Shown here: positions 29,369-39,867 of the stretch, one piece after another
Layout: every line of letters begins with the position of its first letter
Position numbering within the stretch: position 1 is the stretch's first letter
Assembly (NCBI GenBank): GCA_018896645.1
Contig: JAHIMF010000005.1
Coordinates: 997-64,996 of the forward strand
Reading direction: 5' to 3'
DNA: 64,000 bases
From: Patescibacteria group bacterium
GTDB taxonomy: Bacteria; Patescibacteriota; Patescibacteriia; UBA2591; JABMQE01
The notes under the pieces: generated by a model
Database searches by the model: none
Told to the model about the DNA's origin: nothing
What the model saw: only the letters and a program-made list of their open reading frames with translations
Translations under genes and position numbers: made by a program

Positions 29369-29549
29369 TTCCGATGGACAATTCTGTAGGAAGAGTATAT
29401 ACTGGATTAATAGACAAAAGCCTAGAACCCAATATTAACTTTGCGTCCTCCCTACAAAATTATCCATCGGAAAATTCGGATACTAATTTTCAAAGTTCAT
29501 ACTTCGCATTTAATTACTTCATCATAGCATATATTTTTAAACTTGTCAA
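29369..29549 (-). promoter_or_regulatory. Promoter and structured 5' leader
   Basis: TTGACA-17-TATGAT (29549-29521); 25-bp stem 29369-29393/29448-29472. Confidence 0.65.
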
Positions 29550-29656
29550 TGGGCGAAACAAAAATTTTAGGTAATTAAGGATATTTTTGGCTAAAATTAG
29601 CGTAAAATGATTACTAATTTACTTTATTACTTTATTGCTCGATTACTTAACAAAAT

Positions 29657-30703
29657 ATGTTCAACAACCTCCTCGGCCGTTTTTCCCGCGATATGGGTAT
29701 AGATTTGGGCACTGCCAATACTTTAGTCTATGTCCGTGATAAAGGAATTGTTATTAACGAGCCCAGTATCGTGGCTATCAATACCCGCGCTGACCAGATT
29801 TTAGCCGTGGGCGAAAACGCCAGGAAAATGTTAGGCAAAACCCCGCCCCATATTATTACTTCAAGACCACTATCCGATGGGGTGATTTCTGATTTTGAAA
29901 TTGCTGAAAGGATGTTAAAACATTTTATTGCCAAGGTTCATCAGGATAAATTTTCTTTTTATACCCGACCCCGAGTAATTATTGGGATTCCCTTGGAAAT
30001 AACTGAAGTAGAGCGTAAAGCAGTTGAAGACGCGGCGATGCAAGCTGGCGCCAGAGAGGTTTTTTTAGTGGAAGAGCCAATGGCCGCGGCAATCGGCGCT
30101 CGCCTTCCAATTCAAGAATCATGCGGTAATATGATTGTTGATATTGGCGGCGGCACTACAGAAATTGCTGTAATTTCCTTGGCAGGTATCGTCACCTGGA
30201 AATCTTTACCAATTGCCGGAAATGAACTAACTGAAGATATTATAGAATATGCCCGCGAAAAATATAATTTACTAATTGGCGAAACCACGGCTGAAGAGAT
30301 AAAAATAAAAATTGGCTCGGTTTTTCCCCTGGAAAAATCTTTAAAAACAATTATGCGGGGTCGGGATTTGGTTTCTGGTCTGCCTAAAGAAGAGACTATT
30401 ACTGATGAAGAGGTGCGAGAAGCGATGCAACGTTCGGCTAAAATCTTGGCTGTTAATATCCGCGATACTATAGAATCTACCCCGCCAGAATTAGTAGCGG
30501 ATATTTATAGCCGAGGCATAGTTTTATCAGGCGGCGGGGCTTTACTTAAAGGACTTCAAGATTTGATTTATAGAGAAGTCCAAGTGCCTATCCACATTAC
30601 TGATGACCCCCTAACTGCGGTGGTTCGCGGTTTAGGAATTATTATAGAAGACATGAATACTCTTAAAGATGTTTTGTTGCCTTCAGCTGGAGAAATCACT
30701 TAA
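29657..30703 (+). CDS. mreB: Rod shape-determining protein MreB paralogue 2
   Basis: DMGIDLGTAN, EEPMAAAIGA, VDIGGGTT; first gene of mreBCD-mrdA. Confidence 0.95.
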   Translation: MFNNLLGRFSRDMGIDLGTANTLVYVRDKGIVINEPSIVAINTRADQILAVGENARKMLGKTPPHIITSRPLSDGVISDFEIAERMLKHFIAKVHQDKFSFYTRPRVIIGIPLEITEVERKAVEDAAMQAGAREVFLVEEPMAAAIGARLPIQESCGNMIVDIGGGTTEIAVISLAGIVTWKSLPIAGNELTEDIIEYAREKYNLLIGETTAEEIKIKIGSVFPLEKSLKTIMRGRDLVSGLPKEETITDEEVREAMQRSAKILAVNIRDTIESTPPELVADIYSRGIVLSGGGALLKGLQDLIYREVQVPIHITDDPLTAVVRGLGIIIEDMNTLKDVLLPSAGEIT

Positions 30704-30844
30704 TCGCATTTACTATTCATTATTTATTATTTACTATTCATTATTCACCACAATCTTTTCATAGCGAAACACTAGGAAAAAAATTAAAAAACAGAATAGT
30801 AAATAATGAATTCCTTGATATTCTCATTATCAAAACTATTCAGC

Positions 30845-31663
30845 ATGAACAAACTTTTATCAAAAACCGTAATTTCCATCACTACAGTAGCTGTCCTACT
30901 GATTTTTTTTCATTCTATTGGCTGGCTTAAGCCTTTTGAGGCTTTACTTGCGAAATCCGTGGGTAAACCCCAAGAATTTGTATACAATATTGCTTTAGGT
31001 TTTAAAAACATATTCACGGGTATTGATTTTAAAGAAGAGAATACCAGATTGAAAGCCGAACTTGAAGAGCATATTATTGATGGCGTGGCTTTAAAACTTT
31101 TGGAAGAGGAGAATAAAAGACTTAGGCAAGAATTGAATTTTTTGGAAATTAGGGGGTATGCTTATGTTTTAGCTCATATCATTGCCAGAGAACCGGAACT
31201 TGATCAAAAGATAGTAATACTTAATCAAGGCTCTGCTCAAGGCATTAAAAAGGGCTGCCCAGTAATTATTACTCGCAATGATGAAAGTTCTTTCACTCGA
31301 CCCGAAGGCTTTTTAGTTGGAAAAATTATCAAAGTCAGCACTTATAAATCATGGGTTGTCCTTCTACCTGATAACCGAAGCGCGGTTGCCGCAGAAATCC
31401 AAAGCAGAAAGGCATTATACGGATTAGTCAAAGGTGAGCGAGGATTATCATTAAACATGGATCTAATACCCCAGGGCACTGAAATTATTCCGGGTGATAC
31501 GGTTATAACTTCTGGTTTAGAAAATATGATTCCCAAGGGATTAATTATTGGTGAAGCAGAAACGATTGAATCTGTTCCGGGCGACTTTTTTCAAAAGGCA
31601 AAAATTAAACCCCTTGTTTCTTTTGATAATCTGAACCTGGTCACCGTATTAATTCCCAATTAA
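30845..31663 (+). CDS. mreC: Rod shape-determining protein MreC
   Basis: TM helix, coiled coil ENKRLRQEL, GDTVITSGL...PKGLIIG. Confidence 0.92.
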   Translation: MNKLLSKTVISITTVAVLLIFFHSIGWLKPFEALLAKSVGKPQEFVYNIALGFKNIFTGIDFKEENTRLKAELEEHIIDGVALKLLEEENKRLRQELNFLEIRGYAYVLAHIIAREPELDQKIVILNQGSAQGIKKGCPVIITRNDESSFTRPEGFLVGKIIKVSTYKSWVVLLPDNRSAVAAEIQSRKALYGLVKGERGLSLNMDLIPQGTEIIPGDTVITSGLENMIPKGLIIGEAETIESVPGDFFQKAKIKPLVSFDNLNLVTVLIPN

Positions 31664-31806
31664 GGTTTGTATTGTTCGATAATAATTAACAAAATCAACA
31701 GAAAAGAAATATAGAAATTAAGAAATAGAGAAATAAAGGATTTGTTTGTTGGTAGCTGATATCCTTTTCCTATATTTCTTAGTTTCTTTATTTCTTAATT
31801 TCTATT

Positions 31807-32322
31807 ATGGCAAAAGGTTTTGGACAACTAATTTTTATAATCATAGCTATAATTTTTGAGTTAAGCGTATTAAGTCTTCTTTATCCTTTAAATCAAATCA
31901 GGCTAGTTTTAGTAATTGCCTTAATAATCGCTTTATCTGATTACAAAAAAGCTTTATTTTGGGTATTTCTTGGAGGATTAATTTTGGATACTTGTTCAGT
32001 CTTGCCTTTCTCAAGCATAACATTAAGCTTGTTTGTCGCGGTTACAATTATTTTTATTCTAGCCAGGAATACCTTTACCAGTGGATCATTATATGCGGTC
32101 ATTGCTCTGGGAATTATTGGCATAGTTATTTATAACCTTTCCTTGATATTGTTAGTTCATATTTTCTATTTATTAAAAATTACAGATTTTCAAATACAAT
32201 TTCACACTTTATACAGCCAAGATATGTTTTGGCAGATATTACTTAATACAACACTGATGGTGGGGATTTTCTGGTTAAGGAAGAGGATCAAAAAAAGACC
32301 CGAAGGAGCGGTATTAAAATAA
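31807..32322 (+). CDS. mreD: Rod shape-determining protein MreD
   Basis: About five TM helices, GGLILD motif, lies between mreC and mrdA. Confidence 0.75.
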   Translation: MAKGFGQLIFIIIAIIFELSVLSLLYPLNQIRLVLVIALIIALSDYKKALFWVFLGGLILDTCSVLPFSSITLSLFVAVTIIFILARNTFTSGSLYAVIALGIIGIVIYNLSLILLVHIFYLLKITDFQIQFHTLYSQDMFWQILLNTTLMVGIFWLRKRIKKRPEGAVLK

Positions 32323-32483
32323 ACTCCTTTTAAAAAATCTTCTGAAGGGCTGAGTGTCTAGTAAAGTCTTAGGTTTGGGGTCCTAGCTGTAGGTTTGGTT
32401 AAAAATTATTAGTCATGGATTATCTAACAACTTAAGACTAAAGACTAAACTTACTGCTAAGACCATAAACCAATAACCCGAAA

Positions 32484-34409
32484 ATGGACGACCCCTTCAT
32501 CATACAGCACCAAGACAATGTTAAAGACGCTCGTCTTAATCAGTATACTGCTGGGTCAGACGAGGGTAATTTTTATTCTACGGAAAAAGGAACGTTTGAT
32601 TCGTTAAGGATTTCAATTTCCTGGCCGCGGTTAAGAATGTTTTTTATAATTGTGATGTTAGCGCTCTCGGTCCTGGTGCTGCGAGTTTTTTATCTGCAGA
32701 TTATTGAAGGTAATTATTATCGAACTGTAGCCGAAGGCAACCGAATTCGCATTAAACCAATAAAAGCGGTCCGGGGAATAATTTATGACAGGCAAGGAAA
32801 AATATTGGTAAGAAATGTGCCTAATTTTTCTTTGTTTTTTATACCCGGTGACTTGCCAAGAGAAGAAGATGAGTTAACAAAAATTCTAAATACTATTTCC
32901 GATATTTTGGAGTCACCAACCCTATATTTAAGAACTTTACTTGGAGATGTTTCTCCTTATTCATACGAGCCACTTTTAGTAGCTGAAAATATTAGCCATA
33001 GTAAAACCCTTTTATTAGAAATCGAAACCTCTATGATCCCCGGGGTGTTTTTAGAGACAAGAAGTCGAAGGGAGTATTTATTCTCCGATTCTGATTATGG
33101 TTTATCGCACATCCTGGGATATACAGGTAAATTATCGCCTGAAGAATATCAAGAAAGAAAAAATAAGGGTTATCTTCTTAACGATTATATTGGCAAAACA
33201 GGCATTGAATATAATTATGAGTTTTATTTGCGGGGTCAGGATGGAAAAAAGCGGATTGAAGTTGATTTTTTAGGCAAAGAAGAAAAAATTGTTTCTTTTT
33301 CACCTCCAAAAGACGGGCAAAGTCTTGTTTTATCAATAGACTTGGATCTACAGAAAAAAATCTCGGAAATTCTCCAAAAACAGCTGCGCCAAATCAAAAA
33401 GACTAAGGGAGTGGTAATAGTTACTGAAGTCAATTCTGGTGAAATTTTAGCCCTGGTTTCCGTGCCCAGTTATGACAATAATTTATTTGCCAGGGGTATT
33501 TCTAGAGAAAATTATGAAAAATTAATTAATGATGAATCAGAACCATTATTTAATCGGGCCATTGCTGGCGAATATCCTCCAGGCTCTACTATCAAACCAG
33601 TCTTAGCAGCCGCGGCTCTAGAGGAAGAGATTATTAATGAAAATACTACCTTTATAAGCACTGGAGGCATCTGGTTAAGCGAGTGGTTTTTTCCTGATTG
33701 GAAGGCCGGGGGTCATGGCCGCATTAATGTTACCCAGGCGATTGCTGAATCAGTTAACACTTTTTTTTACTATATCGGCGGCGGGCATGAAGAATTTAAA
33801 GGCCTGGGATTAGAAAAAATTAATTATTGGAGCTCGCTGTTTGGTTTTGGTCGGGATACAAAAATCGATTTACCGGGTGAGGGGTCAGGATTTTTACCGA
33901 CGAAACAATGGAAAATGGATACCCGGGAAGAACCCTGGTATATTGGTGACACCTATCATCTCGCAATCGGCCAAGGCGATATTTTAGTCACTCCGATTCA
34001 GGTAGCTAATTTTACTGCCGTGATTGCTAATGATGGGACTCTTTATAGGCCGCATTTACTTAAAAATCTCCTTCATGCAGACAATGAGACGGCGAGTGCT
34101 GTCCAAAATGAAATCTTGCGAACAAATATTGCTCAAAAAAAGAATTTAGAAATTGTAAGACAAGGAATGCGGGGGGCAGTTGTCTATGGTTCATCCCAAT
34201 CTTTGGCTGACCTGCCAATAGCAGTTGCCGGTAAAACCGGCACAGCTCAAGTGGGCGGCGAGAAAGACCCGCATGCCTGGTTTACTGGTTTTGCGCCTTA
34301 TGAAAATCCCGAAATAGCCATCACAATTTTAATAGAGAATGGGGGAGAGGGCAGTCGGGTAGCGGTGCCGATTGCTAAGGAGATTTTACAATATTATTTT
34401 GGACAATGA
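32484..34409 (+). CDS. mrdA: Penicillin-binding protein 2
   Basis: RGIIYDRQG, YPPGSTIK (SxxK), SVN, KTGT. Confidence 0.95.
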   Translation: MDDPFIIQHQDNVKDARLNQYTAGSDEGNFYSTEKGTFDSLRISISWPRLRMFFIIVMLALSVLVLRVFYLQIIEGNYYRTVAEGNRIRIKPIKAVRGIIYDRQGKILVRNVPNFSLFFIPGDLPREEDELTKILNTISDILESPTLYLRTLLGDVSPYSYEPLLVAENISHSKTLLLEIETSMIPGVFLETRSRREYLFSDSDYGLSHILGYTGKLSPEEYQERKNKGYLLNDYIGKTGIEYNYEFYLRGQDGKKRIEVDFLGKEEKIVSFSPPKDGQSLVLSIDLDLQKKISEILQKQLRQIKKTKGVVIVTEVNSGEILALVSVPSYDNNLFARGISRENYEKLINDESEPLFNRAIAGEYPPGSTIKPVLAAAALEEEIINENTTFISTGGIWLSEWFFPDWKAGGHGRINVTQAIAESVNTFFYYIGGGHEEFKGLGLEKINYWSSLFGFGRDTKIDLPGEGSGFLPTKQWKMDTREEPWYIGDTYHLAIGQGDILVTPIQVANFTAVIANDGTLYRPHLLKNLLHADNETASAVQNEILRTNIAQKKNLEIVRQGMRGAVVYGSSQSLADLPIAVAGKTGTAQVGGEKDPHAWFTGFAPYENPEIAITILIENGGEGSRVAVPIAKEILQYYFGQ

Positions 34410-34694
34410 CATACATTTCCACGACACACGATACACGTAACATGATACAAAAATTCGCATATTGAGTTGTGATGCGTGAATCGTGTATCGTGCTCGCAGT
34501 TATCCACACCCCCCTTGACCCATTCATAAAAACAGTGTATCGTTAAAATTGTAACTGAATCTCCAATAATCAAGCTCACCCTTTCGACTAGCTCCGGGTG
34601 ATTTTAAAAATTTTTCATATTCATAATAAATAATTTTAATCTACCCTAACCAGTATTATTTTGAATCAATGGCACGGGGTAAAAATTAAAAAGC

Positions 34695-35165
34695 ATGATT
34701 GAAGATCAAACTTATATTACCAAAGAAAAATTAAAAGAATTAAAAAAAGAACTTGACTATTTGAAAACTACTAAAAGACGGGAGATTGCTAATCGAATTC
34801 GAGAGGCTAAAGAACTTGGCGACTTGAGTGAGAATGCTGAATACGCTGATGCTAAAGATGAACAGGGCTGGACCGAGGGGAGAATTCTAAAAATTGAAGA
34901 CATTTTGCGAAGAGCGGTTTTGATTGAGAGTAATCATAAAAATCACTCCGCAATAATCAATGTGGGTTCAAAAATAAAAGTTAAAGTTTCTGACTCGGAA
35001 AAAAATTTTGAGATTACTGGTTCCCAGGAAGCCGACCCCCCAAATGGCAAAATTTCCAATGAATCACCCCTAGGTAAAGCTTTTCTTGGTAAAAAAGCGG
35101 GCGATGAGGTGGAAGTTGAAGTGCCAAAAGGAGTGATAAAATATAAGATTATTGCGATTAGTTGA
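34695..35165 (+). CDS. greA: Transcription elongation factor GreA
   Basis: GDLSENAEY, ISNESPLGKA. Confidence 0.97.
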   Translation: MIEDQTYITKEKLKELKKELDYLKTTKRREIANRIREAKELGDLSENAEYADAKDEQGWTEGRILKIEDILRRAVLIESNHKNHSAIINVGSKIKVKVSDSEKNFEITGSQEADPPNGKISNESPLGKAFLGKKAGDEVEVEVPKGVIKYKIIAIS

Positions 35166-35223
35166 TTAGCCAGTCATTAGGAATGAGTCATCAGGCATTA
35201 GGGTTTTGTAAGATATAATCATC

Positions 35224-35259
35224 TACAAAAAAACGGGCGTGAGAGCGCTTGTTTTTTTG
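35224..35259 (+). terminator. Terminator hairpin; first copy of a 36-bp direct repeat
   Basis: tacaaaaaaacgggcgtgagagcgcttgtttttttg, identical at 37162-37197. Confidence 0.85.
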
Positions 35260-35315
35260 TTATTTTTTGGCGCCTGCGCCTTTTCTTTTTTAAAAAGATA
35301 TGTTAGAATTTAAAT

Positions 35316-35792
35316 ATGGAAAAAGAAACTGGTTTTAGCCCAGAAAAAGAACCAACCCTTTCAAAAGAAATTTGGATTATTGATGACGAAAAAGAAATAA
35401 TAAAGGGTGTTTTAAGATTTTGGCAAATGAAGACTAAGAATTTAGGTTATGATTTTAAGCACTTTGAAACCGGCCAATCTGCTTTGGAAGAAATCAAAAA
35501 GAGAAAAGAGTCAAAAGAAAGATTGCCAGAAATGGTTTTTGTTGACGGTGAATTAGAAAAAGATCAAGGAGAATTAAGCAAAGGAGTAAATTTTATTAAA
35601 GAAATTAGAAGTATAGATGGGGTTAAGCAACCAAAAATCGTGGCCCATAGTTCTGATTTTGCTAATAATGTTGAACTATTGATGGCTGGGGCTGATTTGG
35701 GTTTTCAAAAACAAGATATTACTAAATCAGCTGAGTTCTTACAAGACCCGGAACATTACAAACATTATTTTAAAAAGCCGGAAGAAGAATAG
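35316..35792 (+). CDS. Single-domain response-regulator receiver-like protein
   Basis: IWIIDDE, P.MVFVDG, G..FIKEIR, IVAHSS, AGAD.GFQK. Confidence 0.75.
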   Translation: MEKETGFSPEKEPTLSKEIWIIDDEKEIIKGVLRFWQMKTKNLGYDFKHFETGQSALEEIKKRKESKERLPEMVFVDGELEKDQGELSKGVNFIKEIRSIDGVKQPKIVAHSSDFANNVELLMAGADLGFQKQDITKSAEFLQDPEHYKHYFKKPEEE

Positions 35793-35956
35793 ATTTTTGA
35801 TTATCCATATTGACTTTTTTATTAGAGATTGATAGAATAAAAATAGTTATGGAAAAGAAGGCTGACTTTTCCAAATAAAAATAAATTTCCTCGCCGCAAG
35901 CGGACGGGGTATTAAAAAATTTTGATAAATTTATCAATTTAGAAAGGAATAAAACT

Positions 35957-36967
35957 ATGCCAAAATCGCCAGAACAACTTCGTTATACCGAAGATGAGGC
36001 CTTGGAGGAAGCTTCTGAAATGAAGGAAAAGGTAGAACACAAAGAAGCAAAAGATTATGAGGAAGCGGAAGAAGGGAAAACGCCAGAAGCAAAAGAAACC
36101 AAGAAACTTCCACCAGTTTTTCTTATCTATCGTAATAATAATGTATTTGAAAAGTTAGTTCCAAAAATTGCAGAAACATTTGGATCACTAGACCGGGAAG
36201 TAAAAATACAAAGTTTTCCGGCTGGAACTGATCAAATAAAAATTCTTAACTGGATACTAACAAATAGTAAAGAGATTGCTGGCACAGAAATAGTTACTGA
36301 TGAAACAGTTAAATACGCATTTTCCGGCATCGAAGATGAAATGCGCCATTTTCCTGATCCAAACGAAGAAGCGGCTAAAGAAAAGGCTATGAAAGTTTTA
36401 AAGAATTGCAGTAGACATTATGAATATTTAGATTTTTTTGAGCCACCCCTAATTGGCGAAACACTTTTTGGAAAAAATTACTCCGATGAGTTTCACGAAA
36501 AAGCAGAATCATTGGAAAAGAGCGGTGAGCTAATCTCTGACATAGTTAAACGCATTATTATAAATAAAGATAATATACCACAAAAAGTATATATATCTCG
36601 GCAGGAGATATTTGCGCATCAACCACTTAGACAAATTCCTGAAAATCCTAGATACGAAAGTGAAGAGGAATTGATGAAGGGCATAGAAATAGTAAAAGAA
36701 TGGCTTATTAAAGGAGGGATTCCAAAAGAAGCGTTTGTCGAAGGTGAATTCGAGCATAATTTGTCCTGGGTAATTATGGATAGACATAGCAGAAGTTATC
36801 CCCAGGGAGATAAAATTAAGATCATAAGTGGTCAAAAAGAAATAACATTAGGATTACCTCTTTCTAATTTTTTCCAAGATGCTTGCAAGACCGGGTTGAT
36901 TACATTGACACCAGAGGAAAAACAGAGATACAATAAATTGTTAAAAGAAAAACTAATTAAACTTTAA
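35957..36967 (+). CDS. Hypothetical acidic protein
   Basis: 336-aa ORF with SD AAAGGA and an acidic MPKSPEQ leader. Confidence 0.8.
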   Translation: MPKSPEQLRYTEDEALEEASEMKEKVEHKEAKDYEEAEEGKTPEAKETKKLPPVFLIYRNNNVFEKLVPKIAETFGSLDREVKIQSFPAGTDQIKILNWILTNSKEIAGTEIVTDETVKYAFSGIEDEMRHFPDPNEEAAKEKAMKVLKNCSRHYEYLDFFEPPLIGETLFGKNYSDEFHEKAESLEKSGELISDIVKRIIINKDNIPQKVYISRQEIFAHQPLRQIPENPRYESEEELMKGIEIVKEWLIKGGIPKEAFVEGEFEHNLSWVIMDRHSRSYPQGDKIKIISGQKEITLGLPLSNFFQDACKTGLITLTPEEKQRYNKLLKEKLIKL

Positions 36968-36990
36968 ACACCAAACAACAGGAGGGAATG

Positions 36991-37143
36991 ATGGAAAAGC
37001 AAGAATTTCAGAAAAGGGTAGAGGAAGCTATGAAGAAATGTCTTGAGGCGCATCAACACAATCATCTTCTTTATCAGCCAACCAAGATAACTGAATACAA
37101 GATTGACTTCAAAAGAAAGCTGGCGGCTTGGATACTCTTTTAG
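36991..37143 (+). CDS. Small orphan protein (50 aa)
   Basis: SD GGAGG; MEKQEFQKRVEEAMKKCLE...; hand translated. Confidence 0.45.
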   Translation: MEKQEFQKRVEEAMKKCLEAHQHNHLLYQPTKITEYKIDFKRKLAAWILF

Positions 37144-37161
37144 CAGATTGTAACGGATTAT

Positions 37162-37197
37162 TACAAAAAAACGGGCGTGAGAGCGCTTGTTTTTTTG
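37162..37197 (+). terminator. Second copy of the 36-bp terminator repeat
   Basis: Identical to 35224-35259; runs into the TTGACA upstream of lysS. Confidence 0.85.
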
Positions 37198-37229
37198 ACA
37201 ATAAATGGGATACGGATTATAATTAGAAT

Positions 37230-38750
37230 ATGAAAGGAACAAAAAATATAATAACTGACGAGTCCGCCTCTGCTAAGGCTATGGCTGGTGAACATCAAAT
37301 GCGCCTCAAGCGGCTGGAAAAAATTAAAAAGCAGGGGATTAATCCTTATCCCAGCCAAACCCGCAAAACTCACCAAATTAGCGAGTTAAATTTGGATTTT
37401 GATGATTTAGGCGCAAACAAGACAAAAGTGAGCATAGCGGGCAGAATTAGAGCTCTCCGAGGCCATGGGGGTTCTACTTTTGCGAATATTGAAGATGAAT
37501 CTGATAAATTTCAGGTATATTTTAAAAAGGATGAATTAGGCGAGGATAAATACAGTTTGGTTAATCTGTTGGATGTGGGCGACTTTATAGCATGCAGCGG
37601 CGAACTGTTTAAAACCAAAAACGGCGAAAAAACCCTAATGGTCCAAAACTTTGAGATTTTAAGTAAAGCGATTTTGCCGTTGCCAGAAAAATGGCATGGC
37701 TTAAGCGATGTGGAAATTAGGTATCGCAAACGCCATCTTGATTTAATAGCTAATCCCAAAGTGAGAAACATTTTTGAAAAACGCAGTTTAATTTTAAAAA
37801 CCTTAAGAAATTTTTTAGAAAATAAAGGATTCCTAGAAGTAGAAACACCTGTGCTTCAACCAATGGCTGGCGGAGCTACTGCTAAGCCTTTTGTCACTCA
37901 TCACAATGCTCTAGACATTGATATGTATTTACGCATCGCGCCCGAGCTGTATCTTAAACGGCTGATTGTCGGTGGGTTTGAAAAAATTTATGAAGTGGCG
38001 CGCTGTTTCCGCAACGAAGGCATTGATTGGCAGCATAATCCGGAATTCACCCAGATTGAATTTTACTGGGCTTATGCTGATTATGAAGATTTGATAGAGC
38101 TGACCGAAGAAATGTTTGTAGAGTTGATGAACAAAGTCAACGGCAAAAAAATGACCTTGGAATTTGAAAAAGCGAAAATCGACTTTACGCCTCCTTATGA
38201 TCGCTTAAGTTTTCGCGAGGGAATCAAAAAATATGCTAAATTTGATATTGAAGAATATCAGGATAAAACCAAGTTGGCCAAGAAAGCTAAAGAACTTAAT
38301 GTTGAGATTAAAAAACAAGATGGGCGGGGAAAGATTTTGGACGAAATTTATAAAGAATACGTGCGTAAAAATATTCACAAACCAACATTTATAATTGATC
38401 ATCCAATTGAATTATCGCCCCTAGCTAAACAAAAAGAAGATAATCCAAATTATGTCCAACGTTTACAGTTAGTTGTGCCTGGCGGTTTGGAAATGTGCAA
38501 TGCTTTTACCGAGCTTAATGACCCCCTTGAACAAGCGGTTCAATTTAAGGCCCAGCAAAAGTTAAAAATGGCTGGTGATGAAGAAGCCCAGGAATTTGAT
38601 AAAGATTATGTAGAAGCCATGGAACACGGTATGCCGCCTTGCGCTGGATATGGGATTGGCATTGACCGGCTGACGCAAATTTTGACAAATTCGCATAATA
38701 TCAAAGAGGTGATATTATTTCCGACATTAAGGCCAAAATATAGAGGATAA
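37230..38750 (+). CDS. lysS: Lysine--tRNA ligase (class II)
   Basis: LPEKWHGL, FLEVETP, YLRIAPELYLKRL, FRNEG, HNPEFT, GIGIDRL. Confidence 0.97.
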   Translation: MKGTKNIITDESASAKAMAGEHQMRLKRLEKIKKQGINPYPSQTRKTHQISELNLDFDDLGANKTKVSIAGRIRALRGHGGSTFANIEDESDKFQVYFKKDELGEDKYSLVNLLDVGDFIACSGELFKTKNGEKTLMVQNFEILSKAILPLPEKWHGLSDVEIRYRKRHLDLIANPKVRNIFEKRSLILKTLRNFLENKGFLEVETPVLQPMAGGATAKPFVTHHNALDIDMYLRIAPELYLKRLIVGGFEKIYEVARCFRNEGIDWQHNPEFTQIEFYWAYADYEDLIELTEEMFVELMNKVNGKKMTLEFEKAKIDFTPPYDRLSFREGIKKYAKFDIEEYQDKTKLAKKAKELNVEIKKQDGRGKILDEIYKEYVRKNIHKPTFIIDHPIELSPLAKQKEDNPNYVQRLQLVVPGGLEMCNAFTELNDPLEQAVQFKAQQKLKMAGDEEAQEFDKDYVEAMEHGMPPCAGYGIGIDRLTQILTNSHNIKEVILFPTLRPKYRG

Positions 38751-38759
38751 GCTTTGACT

Positions 38760-39530
38760 ATGTCCATCCAACGCAAAAATTTCAAACTAAAAGATTTAAA
38801 GTATAAAGTTGACAAAAAAATAAGTCAGCAAATTTTGGATTTACAAAAAAAATTTGATGAAAAATTTAACAGAGATGAGCAGAAAAAATTAGCATTTTCA
38901 GAAAAAGTGGATTTTGTTTATAATACTACGGCCTTAGAAGGCAATACTTATACTTATGCGGAGACCGAAACTTTGCTTTCTGGAGTAACAATCGGTGGAC
39001 ATTCTATAAAAGAGACCAACGAGATTATCAATCAAAAAGAGGCCTGGGAATTTACCTTGAATCAAGCTTTTTCAAATTCAAAGGATATAACAGAAACTTT
39101 GATAAAAGATATTCATTTTAGAGTTGGGAAAGACACGGTGGTAAAACCAGGGCAGTATCGGGATGGCCGAGTCAAAATCGGCGGTACTGATTATGTGCCG
39201 CCGAAAACAAAATTAGAAATTGATAATTTGATTAAAATTTTTTTGATTGATTTTGCTAATTTAGAAAAAGATATTTTTTTAAAAGCAATTATAATCCATT
39301 TTGTGATTGCTTTAATTCAACCATTTTACGATGGCAATAAAAGAACAGCGCGACTGCTGATGAATTTTATTTTGTTACAAAATAATTATCCTTTGTTTTC
39401 GGTTCCAGCTAAAATGCGCAAAGAGTATGTTGAGGCCATGATTAAGGGATATGAGAGTTTGGATATTAGTGGTTTAGTTGAGTTGTTGAAAGGGTTGATG
39501 ATTGAGAGATTGGAGGATTATGGGATTTGA
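38760..39530 (+). CDS. Fic family protein
   Basis: TTALEGNT inhibitory-type motif and QPFYDGNKRTAR Fic motif. Confidence 0.9.
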   Translation: MSIQRKNFKLKDLKYKVDKKISQQILDLQKKFDEKFNRDEQKKLAFSEKVDFVYNTTALEGNTYTYAETETLLSGVTIGGHSIKETNEIINQKEAWEFTLNQAFSNSKDITETLIKDIHFRVGKDTVVKPGQYRDGRVKIGGTDYVPPKTKLEIDNLIKIFLIDFANLEKDIFLKAIIIHFVIALIQPFYDGNKRTARLLMNFILLQNNYPLFSVPAKMRKEYVEAMIKGYESLDISGLVELLKGLMIERLEDYGI

Positions 39531-39603
39531 TTCTTAGGAGCTGAATTTGACAAAAATTTTGCGTTTGGTATTATATATATAATCGATATTTAATCCATAT
39601 ATT

Positions 39604-39858
39604 ATGGCTATTGTAAATTTTTCTATTCCAACTACCCTTGAAAAGAGGGTTGGGCAAACTATAAGGGAAAAGGGTTTCAGCAGTAAAGCCGAATTTTTTC
39701 GTTATGCGGCAATTTATTTTATTGATGTTGTAGATGATTCAGCTATATCCGAAGACGAACGCATTAAATATCTAAGCGATGCCATTACTCGAGAAGTTAT
39801 AAAAAAATTTCACAATAAAAAAATTCCTCCTGTGGAGGAACAACTAGCAGATATATAA
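39604..39858 (+). CDS. Ribbon-helix-helix putative antitoxin
   Basis: IVNFSIP..L......GFSSKAEFFR; sits directly upstream of a RelE-like gene. Confidence 0.7.
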   Translation: MAIVNFSIPTTLEKRVGQTIREKGFSSKAEFFRYAAIYFIDVVDDSAISEDERIKYLSDAITREVIKKFHNKKIPPVEEQLADI

Positions 39859-39867
39859 TTTCTTTTT

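Noticed and set aside
20606-30703. Two mreB genes as a recent duplication
   Set aside because: They are substantially diverged paralogues; multiple MreB-like genes are common.
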